DNA of 35,047 nucleotides from a virus (lineage: Duplodnaviria; Caudoviricetes): positions 1-35,047 of IMG/VR virus record IMGVR_UViG_3300048848_000238; one strand, given 5' to 3'. The notes beneath the pieces were generated by a model. The model was not told the DNA's origin. It worked only from the letters and a program-made list of their open reading frames with translations, and did not search any database. The position numbers were made by a program, and so were the translations under genes. Shown here in pieces: positions 9,330 to 17,896 of the stretch. Every line of letters begins with the position of its first letter. Within the stretch, counting starts at the first letter, position 1.

Positions 9330-10814
9330 TTATCGTCTGAAGGTAACAGGGGCCGCTTTGAGGACGCTGCGTTTCTTCTGCGTCACGGCGAAGTAGCGGA
9401 ATGAGTCAGATCCGTGTGATGTATGGTCGTGCAGTGGCTTATCTTTCCAGCAACCGCGCTTGTCGTCCCACTCTTTGCGGTACCCTTCCAGCGCGGCAAT
9501 ACCGTCAGCGCACTTATGCTCATCAAAGGCGCACTTTGGCAGGATTTCACGTACCTGCTCTATGCCGTCATCAACACCGAGCTTTGGAACAACCTGAAAG
9601 GTGATCGTGTATTTCACGCCGTCGATTTCGTAGCCTTCGCGGGCCAGCTCTCTACGGGATTTGGCATCAGATCCAAACTCACGGTTGTCGATATCATGCG
9701 GACCCCAATGAGCGGCATAGGTGTAGCCTTTATCCTTCAGCACCTTCATGTAGTGCCTCAGACCCTCGCCGCTGTTCTCGTAGTAGTCGATGACGTGATA
9801 TTCCTCACCAACGATACGCACGAACCAGATAGCCGTGGAGTCGCCAACACCGATATCCCAGAAGGTATGAACAGGAAGGTGTGAGTTATCAGGCAGTGAG
9901 CCAATGCGCTTTTGCTCGTAGAGCTTGCGAAACTGCTTGGCGTAGTACGCACCCTCGACCGACTGCTGAAACGCCTCTGCCGGTATCGACGGATATTCGC
10001 GCTTCATGTCATCGCCGAGCGTTTTCTCTTTGGCGTAATACCATGCTCTCTGGCGCTCGTTAGTCACTACCCCATGCTTTGCCTCTATATCTGCGAAATA
10101 ATCGCTCAGGCGCTGCGGGATGGGTTCTACGGGGTCGATTGCATAGAGGGGATTCTTCCACCATGAGAAGAAAAAGAATTTCCAGTCGAGACTGCTTAGT
10201 TGCTTACCCTGAAGCTGAGCTTTTTCAGCAGACTGGCAGTAATCGAAGAAGTAGCCAGCCCGACCTTCTGCTGTGCTTTCAATCGTCGTGAAACAGTCGC
10301 CTGATACAGCCTCAAAGGCACCGGTGACAATCTCACGGGCTTTATCCGGGAACTTGGCGCATATCTTTCCGAACTCCGAAACATGGAGATAGCGGAGCGT
10401 GCCGCCACGAAAAGACGTGCTGATATACAGCGAGCCGCCTTTCTTAAATACCAACTCACCCGCTGCATCATTGCTCGCAGGGTTAGCAGCTTTGATTTCA
10501 TCAGGGAGTCGGTCATAGGCGTATTTTATCTTCTCGCGGAAAAGACGTTTGGCGTCATTCAGGGTATGAGCTATCAGTGCGCACTTCGCAGCCTCAAACA
10601 GGGCTGCGTCGAGCTGAATGATACAAACCTCTGTGGTGAATCCTAACTGGCGTGCTTTCAGAATCAGGTTGCGGGTATGCATGCCATCGAAGTATTCGAG
10701 CTGCTCCGGCGTCATCTGGAAGCGAACTGGCTTACCTTCTTTGTTGGTTATCCAGTAGAGGTGATTCAGTCGCCAGAGCTTATCTCGCAGAAGCTTGAGA
10801 TGTTCTGGCTTCAT
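9330..10814 (-). CDS. terL: Terminase large subunit
   Basis: Walker A LKARQLGFTT, Walker B LHVSE, EST motif, nuclease WDIG and HGSDSFRY. Confidence 0.95.
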   Translation of the reverse strand: MKPEHLKLLRDKLWRLNHLYWITNKEGKPVRFQMTPEQLEYFDGMHTRNLILKARQLGFTTEVCIIQLDAALFEAAKCALIAHTLNDAKRLFREKIKYAYDRLPDEIKAANPASNDAAGELVFKKGGSLYISTSFRGGTLRYLHVSEFGKICAKFPDKAREIVTGAFEAVSGDCFTTIESTAEGRAGYFFDYCQSAEKAQLQGKQLSSLDWKFFFFSWWKNPLYAIDPVEPIPQRLSDYFADIEAKHGVVTNERQRAWYYAKEKTLGDDMKREYPSIPAEAFQQSVEGAYYAKQFRKLYEQKRIGSLPDNSHLPVHTFWDIGVGDSTAIWFVRIVGEEYHVIDYYENSGEGLRHYMKVLKDKGYTYAAHWGPHDIDNREFGSDAKSRRELAREGYEIDGVKYTITFQVVPKLGVDDGIEQVREILPKCAFDEHKCADGIAALEGYRKEWDDKRGCWKDKPLHDHTSHGSDSFRYFAVTQKKRSVLKAAPVTFRR

Positions 10815-10816
10815 GC

Positions 10817-11419
10817 TTACCCCTTCGACAGATCATCCATCAGGTCAGATAGTTTTTTGGTTGCGTCATCACCGACAGGGCCGTCAATGTCATACGCCTG
10901 GCGATCAAGTCCGATGAGTGTCTTAAGTGTGTCCGACAGGTCTTTCATTGATTTAACCCTTCCAGGCAGGCTAGTAGCCTTCTGGTAGATTTCATTAAGC
11001 CTGTCCCTGCCTGTCTTCTCATCGGGGTCAAACATCAAATCGCCAAGCTTCCTTAGCGCATCGACGTCAGCACACTGCGCTTCGAGCTCACCAAACAATG
11101 AGCTGGCAATGTTACGTGCGCGGCGAATGTCACCCCGATGCTCCATGCGGACGTTGGCTATTACCTCGGCGTTGGCCTCGATCAGTATCCGCTCGTTGGT
11201 AGCCGTTTCAGTGGATACCTGTTTGGATACCTCACGTTTGGATACCAGCGCGTCAGCCTTGGCTTTTATCTTCGCCTTGAGGTCTCGCTCCCATCCGTCA
11301 CGTTTTGCACGCTTGTTTATCGCGCCGTGAGTGATGCCATGCTGCGAAGCTATTTCGCGGATAGACATCAAACCAGCCCGGTAAGCCGATTCGATGGCCT
11401 CCCAATCTGGTGATGCCAT
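10817..11419 (-). CDS. terS: Terminase small subunit
   Basis: N-terminal HTH (PDWEAIE..YRAG..SIREIA..HG); directly upstream of terL. Confidence 0.82.
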   Translation of the reverse strand: MASPDWEAIESAYRAGLMSIREIASQHGITHGAINKRAKRDGWERDLKAKIKAKADALVSKREVSKQVSTETATNERILIEANAEVIANVRMEHRGDIRRARNIASSLFGELEAQCADVDALRKLGDLMFDPDEKTGRDRLNEIYQKATSLPGRVKSMKDLSDTLKTLIGLDRQAYDIDGPVGDDATKKLSDLMDDLSKG

Positions 11420-11427
11420 ATTTGTTC

Positions 11428-11628
11428 CTATTCGGTGCTTTTCTTTTTCGCTTCTAGGTAATCGAAGGTGATTTCTAGCAGCAGACTTCGCAATACATAA
11501 TCTTCAGAAGCGTCAGGGGCAAACTGCTTAAGCCGACTCTGCAGCTCTTCGAGTACTTCGTGTGACCTAGCAACGTGCTCTTTCATGTCGATAGTCAGCG
11601 TAATCGGGCCGGTTGTCTTCATGGGCAT
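11428..11628 (-). CDS. Hypothetical phage protein
   Basis: ORF in late operon orientation; start uncertain (MPMKTT). Confidence 0.5.
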   Translation of the reverse strand: MPMKTTGPITLTIDMKEHVARSHEVLEELQSRLKQFAPDASEDYVLRSLLLEITFDYLEAKKKSTE

Positions 11629-11763
11629 ACCCTTTGTAAATCCAGCTTCGCGACGCTTCACAGTGTGGCTAACCGTTATCCCTTGTCGGAGAATTTTTTA
11701 AGAGCCGTTGTGAAAGAGGCTCTCGTTAAATATTTGATACTTAAGCAAAGCGCATTTTTGCGC

Positions 11764-12453
11764 TTATGCTGCCAAGTGGTGGTGCTCTTCAATCAGTGGT
11801 TGGCGATGGTTTCGTTCAAACATGTTTGTAAGTTCATCCTTTCGCTTGTCGTAATCCCAACCCATATTGATGAACACAGTGTCTGCGCGCTGCAACTCAG
11901 TGATAGCTCTGATTTGTTCAGCAGTCAGGTAATCCCGGATAGCCTCAGCCTTTCCGATATCATTTTCTTTCCTGAACTTCGCCGACGTTGTGCCAAGCAC
12001 GATCCGGTTAATCATGTTGGCTTCATTGCTGAAATGGTAATGCTCAGCCTCTTTGCCTTCGGATTCACGACTGCTCTTAATCGCATTGGTCATTGGCCGA
12101 TACTCTACTCGCGCCAAATCTCGCTCAGCCTGAATGGCAGCTTCCTGTTTCGCTTTCTCCCTGTAGGTGATGAAGCCGTCTACCAGGCGAACTTGCCCAT
12201 CTCTTGCCTTCTCTCCACCGATAAACGGCATAGCGATCAGGAATCCACGCTCCGTTAGTTCATAGCATGGGATTTCTTTGTTCTGTTTACTGGTATAGGA
12301 GGAGGCTCTGAAATCGGAGGCTCCTAAATGCCCCGATGCGGCAAGTGATTCAATGCTATTCATCACGCGGAAGTGGTCACGACCAAATTCAGCGGCGATA
12401 ACATCTGTGCTAACAAGTGGCGTGCCTTTGACGATCTTTATCAGGTGTTTCAT
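11764..12453 (-). CDS. rha: Rha family phage regulatory protein
   Basis: STDVIAAEFGRDHFRVM, SSY...QNKE.PCYELTERGF motifs; sits between lysis and terminase genes. Confidence 0.88.
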   Translation of the reverse strand: MKHLIKIVKGTPLVSTDVIAAEFGRDHFRVMNSIESLAASGHLGASDFRASSYTSKQNKEIPCYELTERGFLIAMPFIGGEKARDGQVRLVDGFITYREKAKQEAAIQAERDLARVEYRPMTNAIKSSRESEGKEAEHYHFSNEANMINRIVLGTTSAKFRKENDIGKAEAIRDYLTAEQIRAITELQRADTVFINMGWDYDKRKDELTNMFERNHRQPLIEEHHHLAA

Positions 12454-12461
12454 ATCGGATA

Positions 12462-12577
12462 CCTATAGAAAGTGAGCCTGTCGCACAGAGAAACTCGCCC
12501 CAGAGAGGTCCGCACCTATACGGGTTTCTCTCAGGCTCGCTTTCTGTAGGCTCTGGGTTGATGTTTACGCGTGCGAT
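12462..12577. ncRNA. Putative structured RNA element (C4/CI-like) at the rha start
   Basis: 19-bp and 11-bp nested stems, small internal hairpin, and two loops complementary to flanking sites. Confidence 0.6.
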
Positions 12578-12690
12578 GCGTATGAATGCGAAGCAAGCGC
12601 GACGGAAGGAGCGTTAGCTCTTACTATCTCGTCTTACTTCTGATTTTCACGCCGGGTAAGCGTTGAATCTTCTTGGGGTTTGTCACGTCC

Positions 12691-12719
12691 AAAATAAAAA
12701 GCCCCGCGAATGCAGGGCT
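12691..12719 (-). terminator. Rho-independent terminator
   Basis: AGCCCTGC-ATTC-GCGGGGCT followed by TTTTATTTT. Confidence 0.8.
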
Positions 12720-12754
12720 GATAGTGCTCTTTGTAACGTAGGTTCTGGTAACAG

Positions 12755-12952
12755 TTACTGGAAGGTGGCTACGGTGACGCCTTTCTCATTGCAGACGTAA
12801 GCAACCTCTCCTTCATCCAGAATCATTTCATCATCACCGCCTGCCCAGCCACGGAAGAAAATCATTCTTGATTCACGAACGAAACTCACGTCGCCGGTTG
12901 CCTGCAAAACTGAAATGTCGTTGTCTTTGTTAATCGTCTTGATAGTTAGCAT
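12755..12952 (-). CDS. Small hypothetical phage protein
   Basis: 65 aa ORF between two terminator-like hairpins; AYVCNEKGVTV C-terminus. Confidence 0.6.
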   Translation of the reverse strand: MLTIKTINKDNDISVLQATGDVSFVRESRMIFFRGWAGGDDEMILDEGEVAYVCNEKGVTVATFQ

Positions 12953-13004
12953 TGTTGTTTCTCTTGGTTGTGGTAATAAAAAACCCAGCGATTGCGAGGC
13001 TAGG

Positions 13005-13178
13005 TCACTTCCTGAGGCTGTTTTTCACTTCGGTGATGATCTGCTGTTGCATGCGGTTCATTTCATTGCGGTGGCGCTTCTCTTGCCTCTGATGTATCCA
13101 GAAGCCTATCCACGTCATTACCAGTGCGCCTATGCAGAAACCAGAGAGGATGTTGTAGATTGAGTAACCACTCATCTG
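13005..13178 (-). CDS. Small single-pass membrane protein
   Basis: ILSGFCIGALVMTWIGFWI hydrophobic segment; start about 13175 (MSGYS), coupled to the spanin stop. Confidence 0.55.
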   Translation of the reverse strand, partial: QMSGYSIYNILSGFCIGALVMTWIGFWIHQRQEKRHRNEMNRMQQQIITEVKNSLRK

Positions 13179-13393
13179 GTCACCGCTACGCAGTTGGCTT
13201 TCCACGTCTTGTTGTGAGCGAGGATGGCACGCTTAGTCCGGTCATCCATCGTAATGATGTCTGCTTCAGTCACCAGGATAGGCTTCACCCAGTTGCAGGC
13301 GGTATCGACCACCTCAACCCTTGTTGATCCATTCTCTGCGCAGCTCGTCATCAACATCACCATTAGGCATGCGGTTAACAGTGCTTTGTACAT
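13172..13393 (-). CDS. o-spanin (Rz1-like lipoprotein)
   Basis: Lipobox LMTSC; C.WVKPI and AHN..W...C motifs; overlaps the i-spanin 3' end. Confidence 0.75.
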   Translation of the reverse strand: MYKALLTACLMVMLMTSCAENGSTRVEVVDTACNWVKPILVTEADIITMDDRTKRAILAHNKTWKANCVAVTR

Positions 13394-13583
13394 CGGATGC
13401 CTCTTTAGCCGTTTCGGTCAGGCGTCTTGATGCAGCCTGTTCAGCTTCAATTTTGATTTGCGTCTCGCGTTCATTGGCACTGGCTTCAGCCTTCGATTTA
13501 CCGGCTGATCTTCCTATGCCAAATGCTGTCATGATGGCTGCTGCTATGACGCCGATGAGGCCGAGGATATATTCAATGCTCAT
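13314..13583 (-). CDS. i-spanin (Rz-like)
   Basis: N-terminal TM plus coiled-coil; overlapped by a lipoprotein gene. Confidence 0.7.
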   Translation of the reverse strand: MSIEYILGLIGVIAAAIMTAFGIGRSAGKSKAEASANERETQIKIEAEQAASRRLTETAKEASDVQSTVNRMPNGDVDDELRREWINKG

Positions 13584-13849
13584 GGCTTTGTCTCCGGGTC
13601 GATACCGGCATCGATTTTCTTATCCTGCGTGTCTTTGTCGGTTGCGATTTTCTTGTTGATGATGTTTGCCCCAACAGCAACAGTGAAGTAAGCGGTAAAC
13701 ATCCACTCACTCAACTCAAGTTTGTAGGCATACCAACCTATTACTCCTGAGCTTACGAGGAATGCGATAAGTTGCGTCCATTTGCTTAGGCTGTGCTTGC
13801 CGTCACCAACGCTTTTAACAATATCGATAAGAGCCATCGTTTTACCCAT
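13580..13849 (-). CDS. Putative holin-like protein (2 TM)
   Basis: Two hydrophobic helices, charged C-tail, lysis cassette context. Confidence 0.55.
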   Translation of the reverse strand: MGKTMALIDIVKSVGDGKHSLSKWTQLIAFLVSSGVIGWYAYKLELSEWMFTAYFTVAVGANIINKKIATDKDTQDKKIDAGIDPETKP

Positions 13850-14363
13850 GCGAGTGAAATTGCTGGTGAAGATCTACGCGTCGCGCCCTCACTGCCATTT
13901 CTGCATCTTCAATGCGATCGAAAAGGCCAAGGTAGTATCTCTTTTTCAAGTGCCTTAATTCAGCGCACCATTTTTTGGCCTGTTTATGGAAATAAACACA
14001 CTTAACGCCGCACTGATTGTGCGCATGGATAGGGTGGTTGCTGCTGTTTTGATAGTCGTCGGCGAGCCGCAGATTATTAATGCGGTCATCATCTTTGACT
14101 CTGTTAACGTGGTCTATCAAGAGATGCTGCGGGCAAGACCCATGGCAATATGCCCAAGCCAGCCTAGATGCCTTATATCTACTTCCCGCAAAAGTCAGAT
14201 AGCGATACCCATCTCTGCTTACAGTTCCCGCCACCTCACCTACTTTTCCGTTTGATAGCTTTGTGGAACCGATTCGTGTAAACAATCCCGTCTCGATGCC
14301 ATAAACAAAATGCTCCTTAAAGCGCTGCATCAAAGCCTCATCAATGCTCTTTGCTTTTGCCAT
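13842..14363 (-). CDS. HNH endonuclease with AP2-like DNA-binding C-domain
   Basis: IDHVNRVKDDDRINNLR; GVKCVYFHK..KKWCA...YLGLF..EDA. Confidence 0.88.
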   Translation of the reverse strand: MAKAKSIDEALMQRFKEHFVYGIETGLFTRIGSTKLSNGKVGEVAGTVSRDGYRYLTFAGSRYKASRLAWAYCHGSCPQHLLIDHVNRVKDDDRINNLRLADDYQNSSNHPIHAHNQCGVKCVYFHKQAKKWCAELRHLKKRYYLGLFDRIEDAEMAVRARRVDLHQQFHSHG

Positions 14364-14836
14364 CAGATGAGACCCTTGTAGATATCGTAAGTGCCGGTTC
14401 TCATCACATCTGCATGGCGTTTTGCGCGATTGGGTGTCTGCTTAGCCCATAAGCTATTCAACATGCCGCTGGCCGCAGAGTTGAAATCACCCTTTGCGAT
14501 CATGCCGAGTGTGTTCTTGAAGCCTGCAAGTCCCTCAACGCCCATCTGGTATGCCATGCTGATTAGGATGTCTCGACGCGGTGGGTTGCACTGGTCTAAT
14601 GCAACCTTGATGATTGGCCGCTGATTCATCTCGTTCAGCTTCTGCTGTACCAGAACCTCTTTCCAGAGGTCGCCAACCACACGAGGCACAGTGAACTGAT
14701 AGTTTGAAATGCTCGCACCTTGCGGTCCGATGAGGATGCCGCCAGCAACGGTAGGAAATCCGCGAGAGTCCAGATAGGGCTTCTCTTTGTATCCTTCCTC
14801 ATAATTAAGGATGGGGATGATTTTACTGTCAGTCAT
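14363..14836 (-). CDS. Endolysin, T4-lysozyme-like (GH24)
   Basis: EEG...YLDS.G.PT catalytic E-x8-D-x5-T; M.YQMG and S.WAKQTPNRA motifs. Confidence 0.92.
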   Translation of the reverse strand: MTDSKIIPILNYEEGYKEKPYLDSRGFPTVAGGILIGPQGASISNYQFTVPRVVGDLWKEVLVQQKLNEMNQRPIIKVALDQCNPPRRDILISMAYQMGVEGLAGFKNTLGMIAKGDFNSAASGMLNSLWAKQTPNRAKRHADVMRTGTYDIYKGLI

Positions 14837-15141
14837 TTAGCCTCATCCTCTTTCACCACCTGCTTGACCTTATCGGCGGTTTTGTTTGCTGTGCGATCGG
14901 GAAGTGAATCAACTTTCTTCTGCAACTCAGTTACCTGCTGACCCAAAGTGGCAACCTTTGAATCACGCCGCTCTGCTATGGCCCGGTAATCGCTGCGGAT
15001 ATCCTCGACGCGCTGGTTGGCTTCGTTACTGACGTAGATGAAGATGATTGTCATCACTATGCAGATAACGCTGAGTGCGAGGAGAAGTGAGCCGTAAATG
15101 ATGCTGCGCTTGTGCTTTTTGTCGTTACTGACCTGTACCAT
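14833..15141 (-). CDS. Membrane protein (1 TM plus coiled-coil) in lysis cassette
   Basis: IIYGSLLLALSVICIVMTIIFIYV hydrophobic segment. Confidence 0.65.
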   Translation of the reverse strand: MVQVSNDKKHKRSIIYGSLLLALSVICIVMTIIFIYVSNEANQRVEDIRSDYRAIAERRDSKVATLGQQVTELQKKVDSLPDRTANKTADKVKQVVKEDEAK

Positions 15142-15520
15142 CGCTGCCGTCCTCTAAGTTGGCGATCAGCCTGGTAACTTCATTTCTGAAACGTTCATTG
15201 CCAGCTGCGTTTGTGGCCTCGGACATGGCAAGCAGGATACCCAGCGCGTTCTTGATAAGACGGAGGTCTGTCTCAAGCGTGGAGATGCGTCTCAGGTGCT
15301 TGTTCTGTTCGTCACGCAGACTGTCATTCTCTTCGCGGAGAAGAAGGTTGTGCTCCTTCAGCAGAACGACCTGCTCTTTGTAAGTGGTTATGACTTCACC
15401 ACTTGAGCGGTTATTCGTGACAATCGCGGAAATGCCCGCAATCACTGGCTTCCAGAAGAGAGCCACCGCCCCACCGCCGAGCAGTAGAGCGCCGATACTA
15501 GTTATTAAGCTATTTTCCAT
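15125..15520 (-). CDS. Membrane protein (N-terminal TM plus coiled-coil), holin/antiholin candidate
   Basis: First late gene; GALLLGGGAVALFW segment; GAGG RBS. Confidence 0.6.
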   Translation of the reverse strand: MENSLITSIGALLLGGGAVALFWKPVIAGISAIVTNNRSSGEVITTYKEQVVLLKEHNLLLREENDSLRDEQNKHLRRISTLETDLRLIKNALGILLAMSEATNAAGNERFRNEVTRLIANLEDGSDGTGQ

Positions 15521-15750
15521 GCCGGACCTCGCATGGACTGGAAGTAAAGGTGAAATTCATAGCCGTCTCCGGCATTGCCCGGAGGTGTCCGGCCCTATGC
15601 TGTGAATAAAAGAAGCGCCCTGCGTAATAGACACAGGAAGAAGTGTGGGAAAATCCTTTGGGCGCTGAAAAAGACAAAGGCCGCTCTGATGGCGACCTTT
15701 TAAATTTGGTGAGCCGATTACGTGATTCATTCGGCTCATTGTGCGACCCA

Positions 15751-15790
15751 TAAAAAAGCCCGGCTAGCTGGTGAGGCTACGGGGCTCTTT
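15751..15790 (-). terminator. tR'-like terminator downstream of pR'
   Basis: AGCCCCGTAGC...GCTAGCCGGGCT followed by TTTTT. Confidence 0.65.
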
Positions 15791-15866
15791 GACTATCACA
15801 AATTATATGCAACTGACTTGATTTTTTAGCGCCCTGAACAACTGTGCGCAACTTCAACTGTTAGGA

Positions 15867-15895
15867 ATCATATCCCCAACTTCGGGAAAAGTAAA
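15867..15895 (-). promoter_or_regulatory. Late promoter pR'
   Basis: TTTACT-17bp-TATGAT just downstream of Q. Confidence 0.7.
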
Positions 15896-15932
15896 TAGCC
15901 CACGATAAATTAATGAGCTATTTCCTATTGTG

Positions 15933-16754
15933 CTATGCAGTCACTTTGTTTAAAGCGGCGTTAGCCCATGACTCTTCTATTTCCAGCTTCCCAATCAACT
16001 GGTCATAGAATGGCTTAACGCTCTTCTTCCAGGTGTCGATGCTGATAGCATCCGTTAACAGGCTTACGGCATTGTGCGCTTCTGTTGATGGTATGCGCTC
16101 AAACCCACGCCCACAGCACCGCTTGCAGTCACCCATCACCGGCACGCCTTGCCTCTTACTTTCTGCCTCCATAATCGCCCTGCCTCGCCCCTTGCAGTCA
16201 CGGCATGCAGACGAAACAACGCATTTGCCTTTGCACTCATGGCAAAGAACACGCTCAACATCTCTCACCTGGTAACTTGCATTCTCAGGCAGGGATTTAT
16301 CCAGGCGCTTAATCTCCGTCACCAAACCCGGCCTTTGCGTGCCAAAGCGTGACTTCATGGTGAATACTTCGGCATCGATAAATCCTGATGCGTTACAGCA
16401 CTTGCATGGTTTCTTGCTTAAAGCACTCTGGCAGTAATCCATGTAGGCATAAGTTGCGAGCGTTTGCATAACCGCTGGCTTAATATCTGTATCGAGTTTG
16501 CGTAAGGCTGCAACCTTATCGCAGGTTTGTAATGCATATTCAGTTAACAGGGTAACGGCTCGTCGGGAGTCGTTATTACTTACCCCAACCTTCCCCATAA
16601 AAGCACTGTAACCCAGAGGAGCGCGACTCTGAGTCATTCCCATTGCGGCAACGTAATCAGTTCCTGTCATCGTGTCGGGCGATGTCTGCGGCGCTGTTCC
16701 GCTGAAGTTCTGCCCTTTCGGGAAGTGGTATTTCACTGTTGCTTCTAAGCTCAT
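15933..16754 (-). CDS. Q: Late antiterminator Q (Zn-finger type)
   Basis: TGTD..AAMGM motif, CxxC Zn fingers, WKKSVKPFY; upstream of pR' and lysis genes. Confidence 0.88.
   Translation of the reverse strand: MSLEATVKYHFPKGQNFSGTAPQTSPDTMTGTDYVAAMGMTQSRAPLGYSAFMGKVGVSNNDSRRAVTLLTEYALQTCDKVAALRKLDTDIKPAVMQTLATYAYMDYCQSALSKKPCKCCNASGFIDAEVFTMKSRFGTQRPGLVTEIKRLDKSLPENASYQVRDVERVLCHECKGKCVVSSACRDCKGRGRAIMEAESKRQGVPVMGDCKRCCGRGFERIPSTEAHNAVSLLTDAISIDTWKKSVKPFYDQLIGKLEIEESWANAALNKVTA
16454..16486 (+). promoter_or_regulatory. paQ, CII-dependent antisense-Q promoter
   Basis: TTGC-GAGCGT-TTGC with TAATAT at 17-bp spacing, inside Q on the antisense strand. Confidence 0.8.
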
Positions 16755-17113
16755 AATTCCTCCAGTTCTGTGATTGTTATCGCCAGCATGCCACCCTTAA
16801 CCTTTTCTCTCCGGCGAATGCGGAAATCATCAATCTGTTCGTCATCAACCATAAATCCCGCGTTGGTTAATGAGTCGAAAACTGATTTGAGAAGGTTGTC
16901 CAGGTCACGGCGGCGCTTGTCTGGTGCATGAGCATCAATGGTTACTTTCAATCTGGATTTGGTTTTTATTGCGAGGTTTGCTGCGGTGATAATGCTGAGG
17001 ACTGCTAACTGGTACTTTTCTCCCTTTTCGCTGATGTAATGCCTGCCTCTTGCATGTCGCCAGTAGGTGTTAACTGTCGGCGGCCATGGCAGTTCCAGAC
17101 TGTATTCATTCAT
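16751..17113 (-). CDS. rusA: RusA Holliday junction resolvase
   Basis: LPWPPTVNTYWR, PDKRRRDLDN and DD.QID motifs. Confidence 0.93.
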   Translation of the reverse strand: MNEYSLELPWPPTVNTYWRHARGRHYISEKGEKYQLAVLSIITAANLAIKTKSRLKVTIDAHAPDKRRRDLDNLLKSVFDSLTNAGFMVDDEQIDDFRIRRREKVKGGMLAITITELEEL

Positions 17114-17400
17114 CGCTTCACCTTTCCTTCCCTGAGCAATGCATCCTGAGTGCGGATTACACCTTCGAGATGAGCGATGCGCGCCTCAGTAACTTCACAG
17201 AGCCTTGTGCGCCGGTCTATCTCGTCATGACATGCTGAGCAGGCCCATGCGCCGAAAAGGTCATCAGGCTTCATTCCGGTGCCGCAAATGCCAACCATCC
17301 GGTAATGCGCGAGAACTACTGTTTCTGAGTTGCCATTGCATACACCCGGCAATCTCACCTGGCATTCCCTGCCCCGCGCTTCTTGGCGTAATTTACTCAT
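17110..17400 (-). CDS. DUF1364 / YbcO-like protein
   Basis: ARGRECQVRLPGVC, VLAHYR and ACSACHD motifs. Confidence 0.85.
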   Translation of the reverse strand: MSKLRQEARGRECQVRLPGVCNGNSETVVLAHYRMVGICGTGMKPDDLFGAWACSACHDEIDRRTRLCEVTEARIAHLEGVIRTQDALLREGKVKR

Positions 17401-17566
17401 CGCTCTCTCCGCACATGTTGAAGTTTGCGTCTTTCATCCAGCCAGCCGCGCAACGATCGCATGCATAGGTTTCCTGCGGCGACAGGAGCTGAGGACAGCC
17501 AACGCATACAGAAGCAAACTGCTCTCCATCGCCAATAAGCTGTTTTGATCGGTCTGTCATATTCAT
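17393..17566 (-). CDS. ninF: NinF-like protein
   Basis: C..C...L...E...C..C.A..M.D.N..M pattern of lambda NinF. Confidence 0.6.
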   Translation of the reverse strand: MNMTDRSKQLIGDGEQFASVCVGCPQLLSPQETYACDRCAAGWMKDANFNMCGESDE

Positions 17567-17672
17567 GTTCTTCCCACTTAAGGTCAGTTTCACAACACTC
17601 GCATCGCACCTCGTAGTGATACTTGTCTTCTGAGGTGAGGATGGTGTGACAGCGGCAGCAGCGTTGTTTCAT
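17397..17672 (-). CDS. Cys-rich hypothetical protein overlapping ninF
   Basis: ATGA-coupled to the upstream ORF; CxxC...CxxC N-terminus. Confidence 0.45.
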   Translation of the reverse strand: MKQRCCRCHTILTSEDKYHYEVRCECCETDLKWEEHEYDRPIKTAYWRWRAVCFCMRWLSSAPVAAGNLCMRSLRGWLDERRKLQHVRRER

Positions 17673-17896
17673 TGATATTTCCTCAAAACTCGCAGATATG
17701 CCTTACCTCTCGGCCACACCTTCTTCCTAATTCTGTCGTCCAGTTTGTGCAGAAAAGGGATTAGTTCTTTACGGTAAGGGCGGTTTCTGATGTTTCGCGC
17801 ATACAGGTAATGCTGCCGCCTGACCTCGCACGAATGCAGGTGATGCAAATATCCAATCTCAGTGCATTTCATCGCGTCTTCCTCAGTCGATTCCAT
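17669..17896 (-). CDS. Basic hypothetical nin-region protein
   Basis: Coupled ORF in nin operon; start uncertain. Confidence 0.5.
   Translation of the reverse strand: MESTEEDAMKCTEIGYLHHLHSCEVRRQHYLYARNIRNRPYRKELIPFLHKLDDRIRKKVWPRGKAYLRVLRKYQ

Noticed and set aside
11575-12258. 227-aa plus-strand ORF opposite rha
   Set aside because: Antisense shadow of a well-supported gene with no recognisable domain
12462-12577. Self-cleaving ribozyme or tRNA interpretation of the rha element
   Set aside because: No hammerhead CUGAnGA core, no recognisable twister/HDV consensus and no TpsiC arm seen by eye; needs cmscan for certainty
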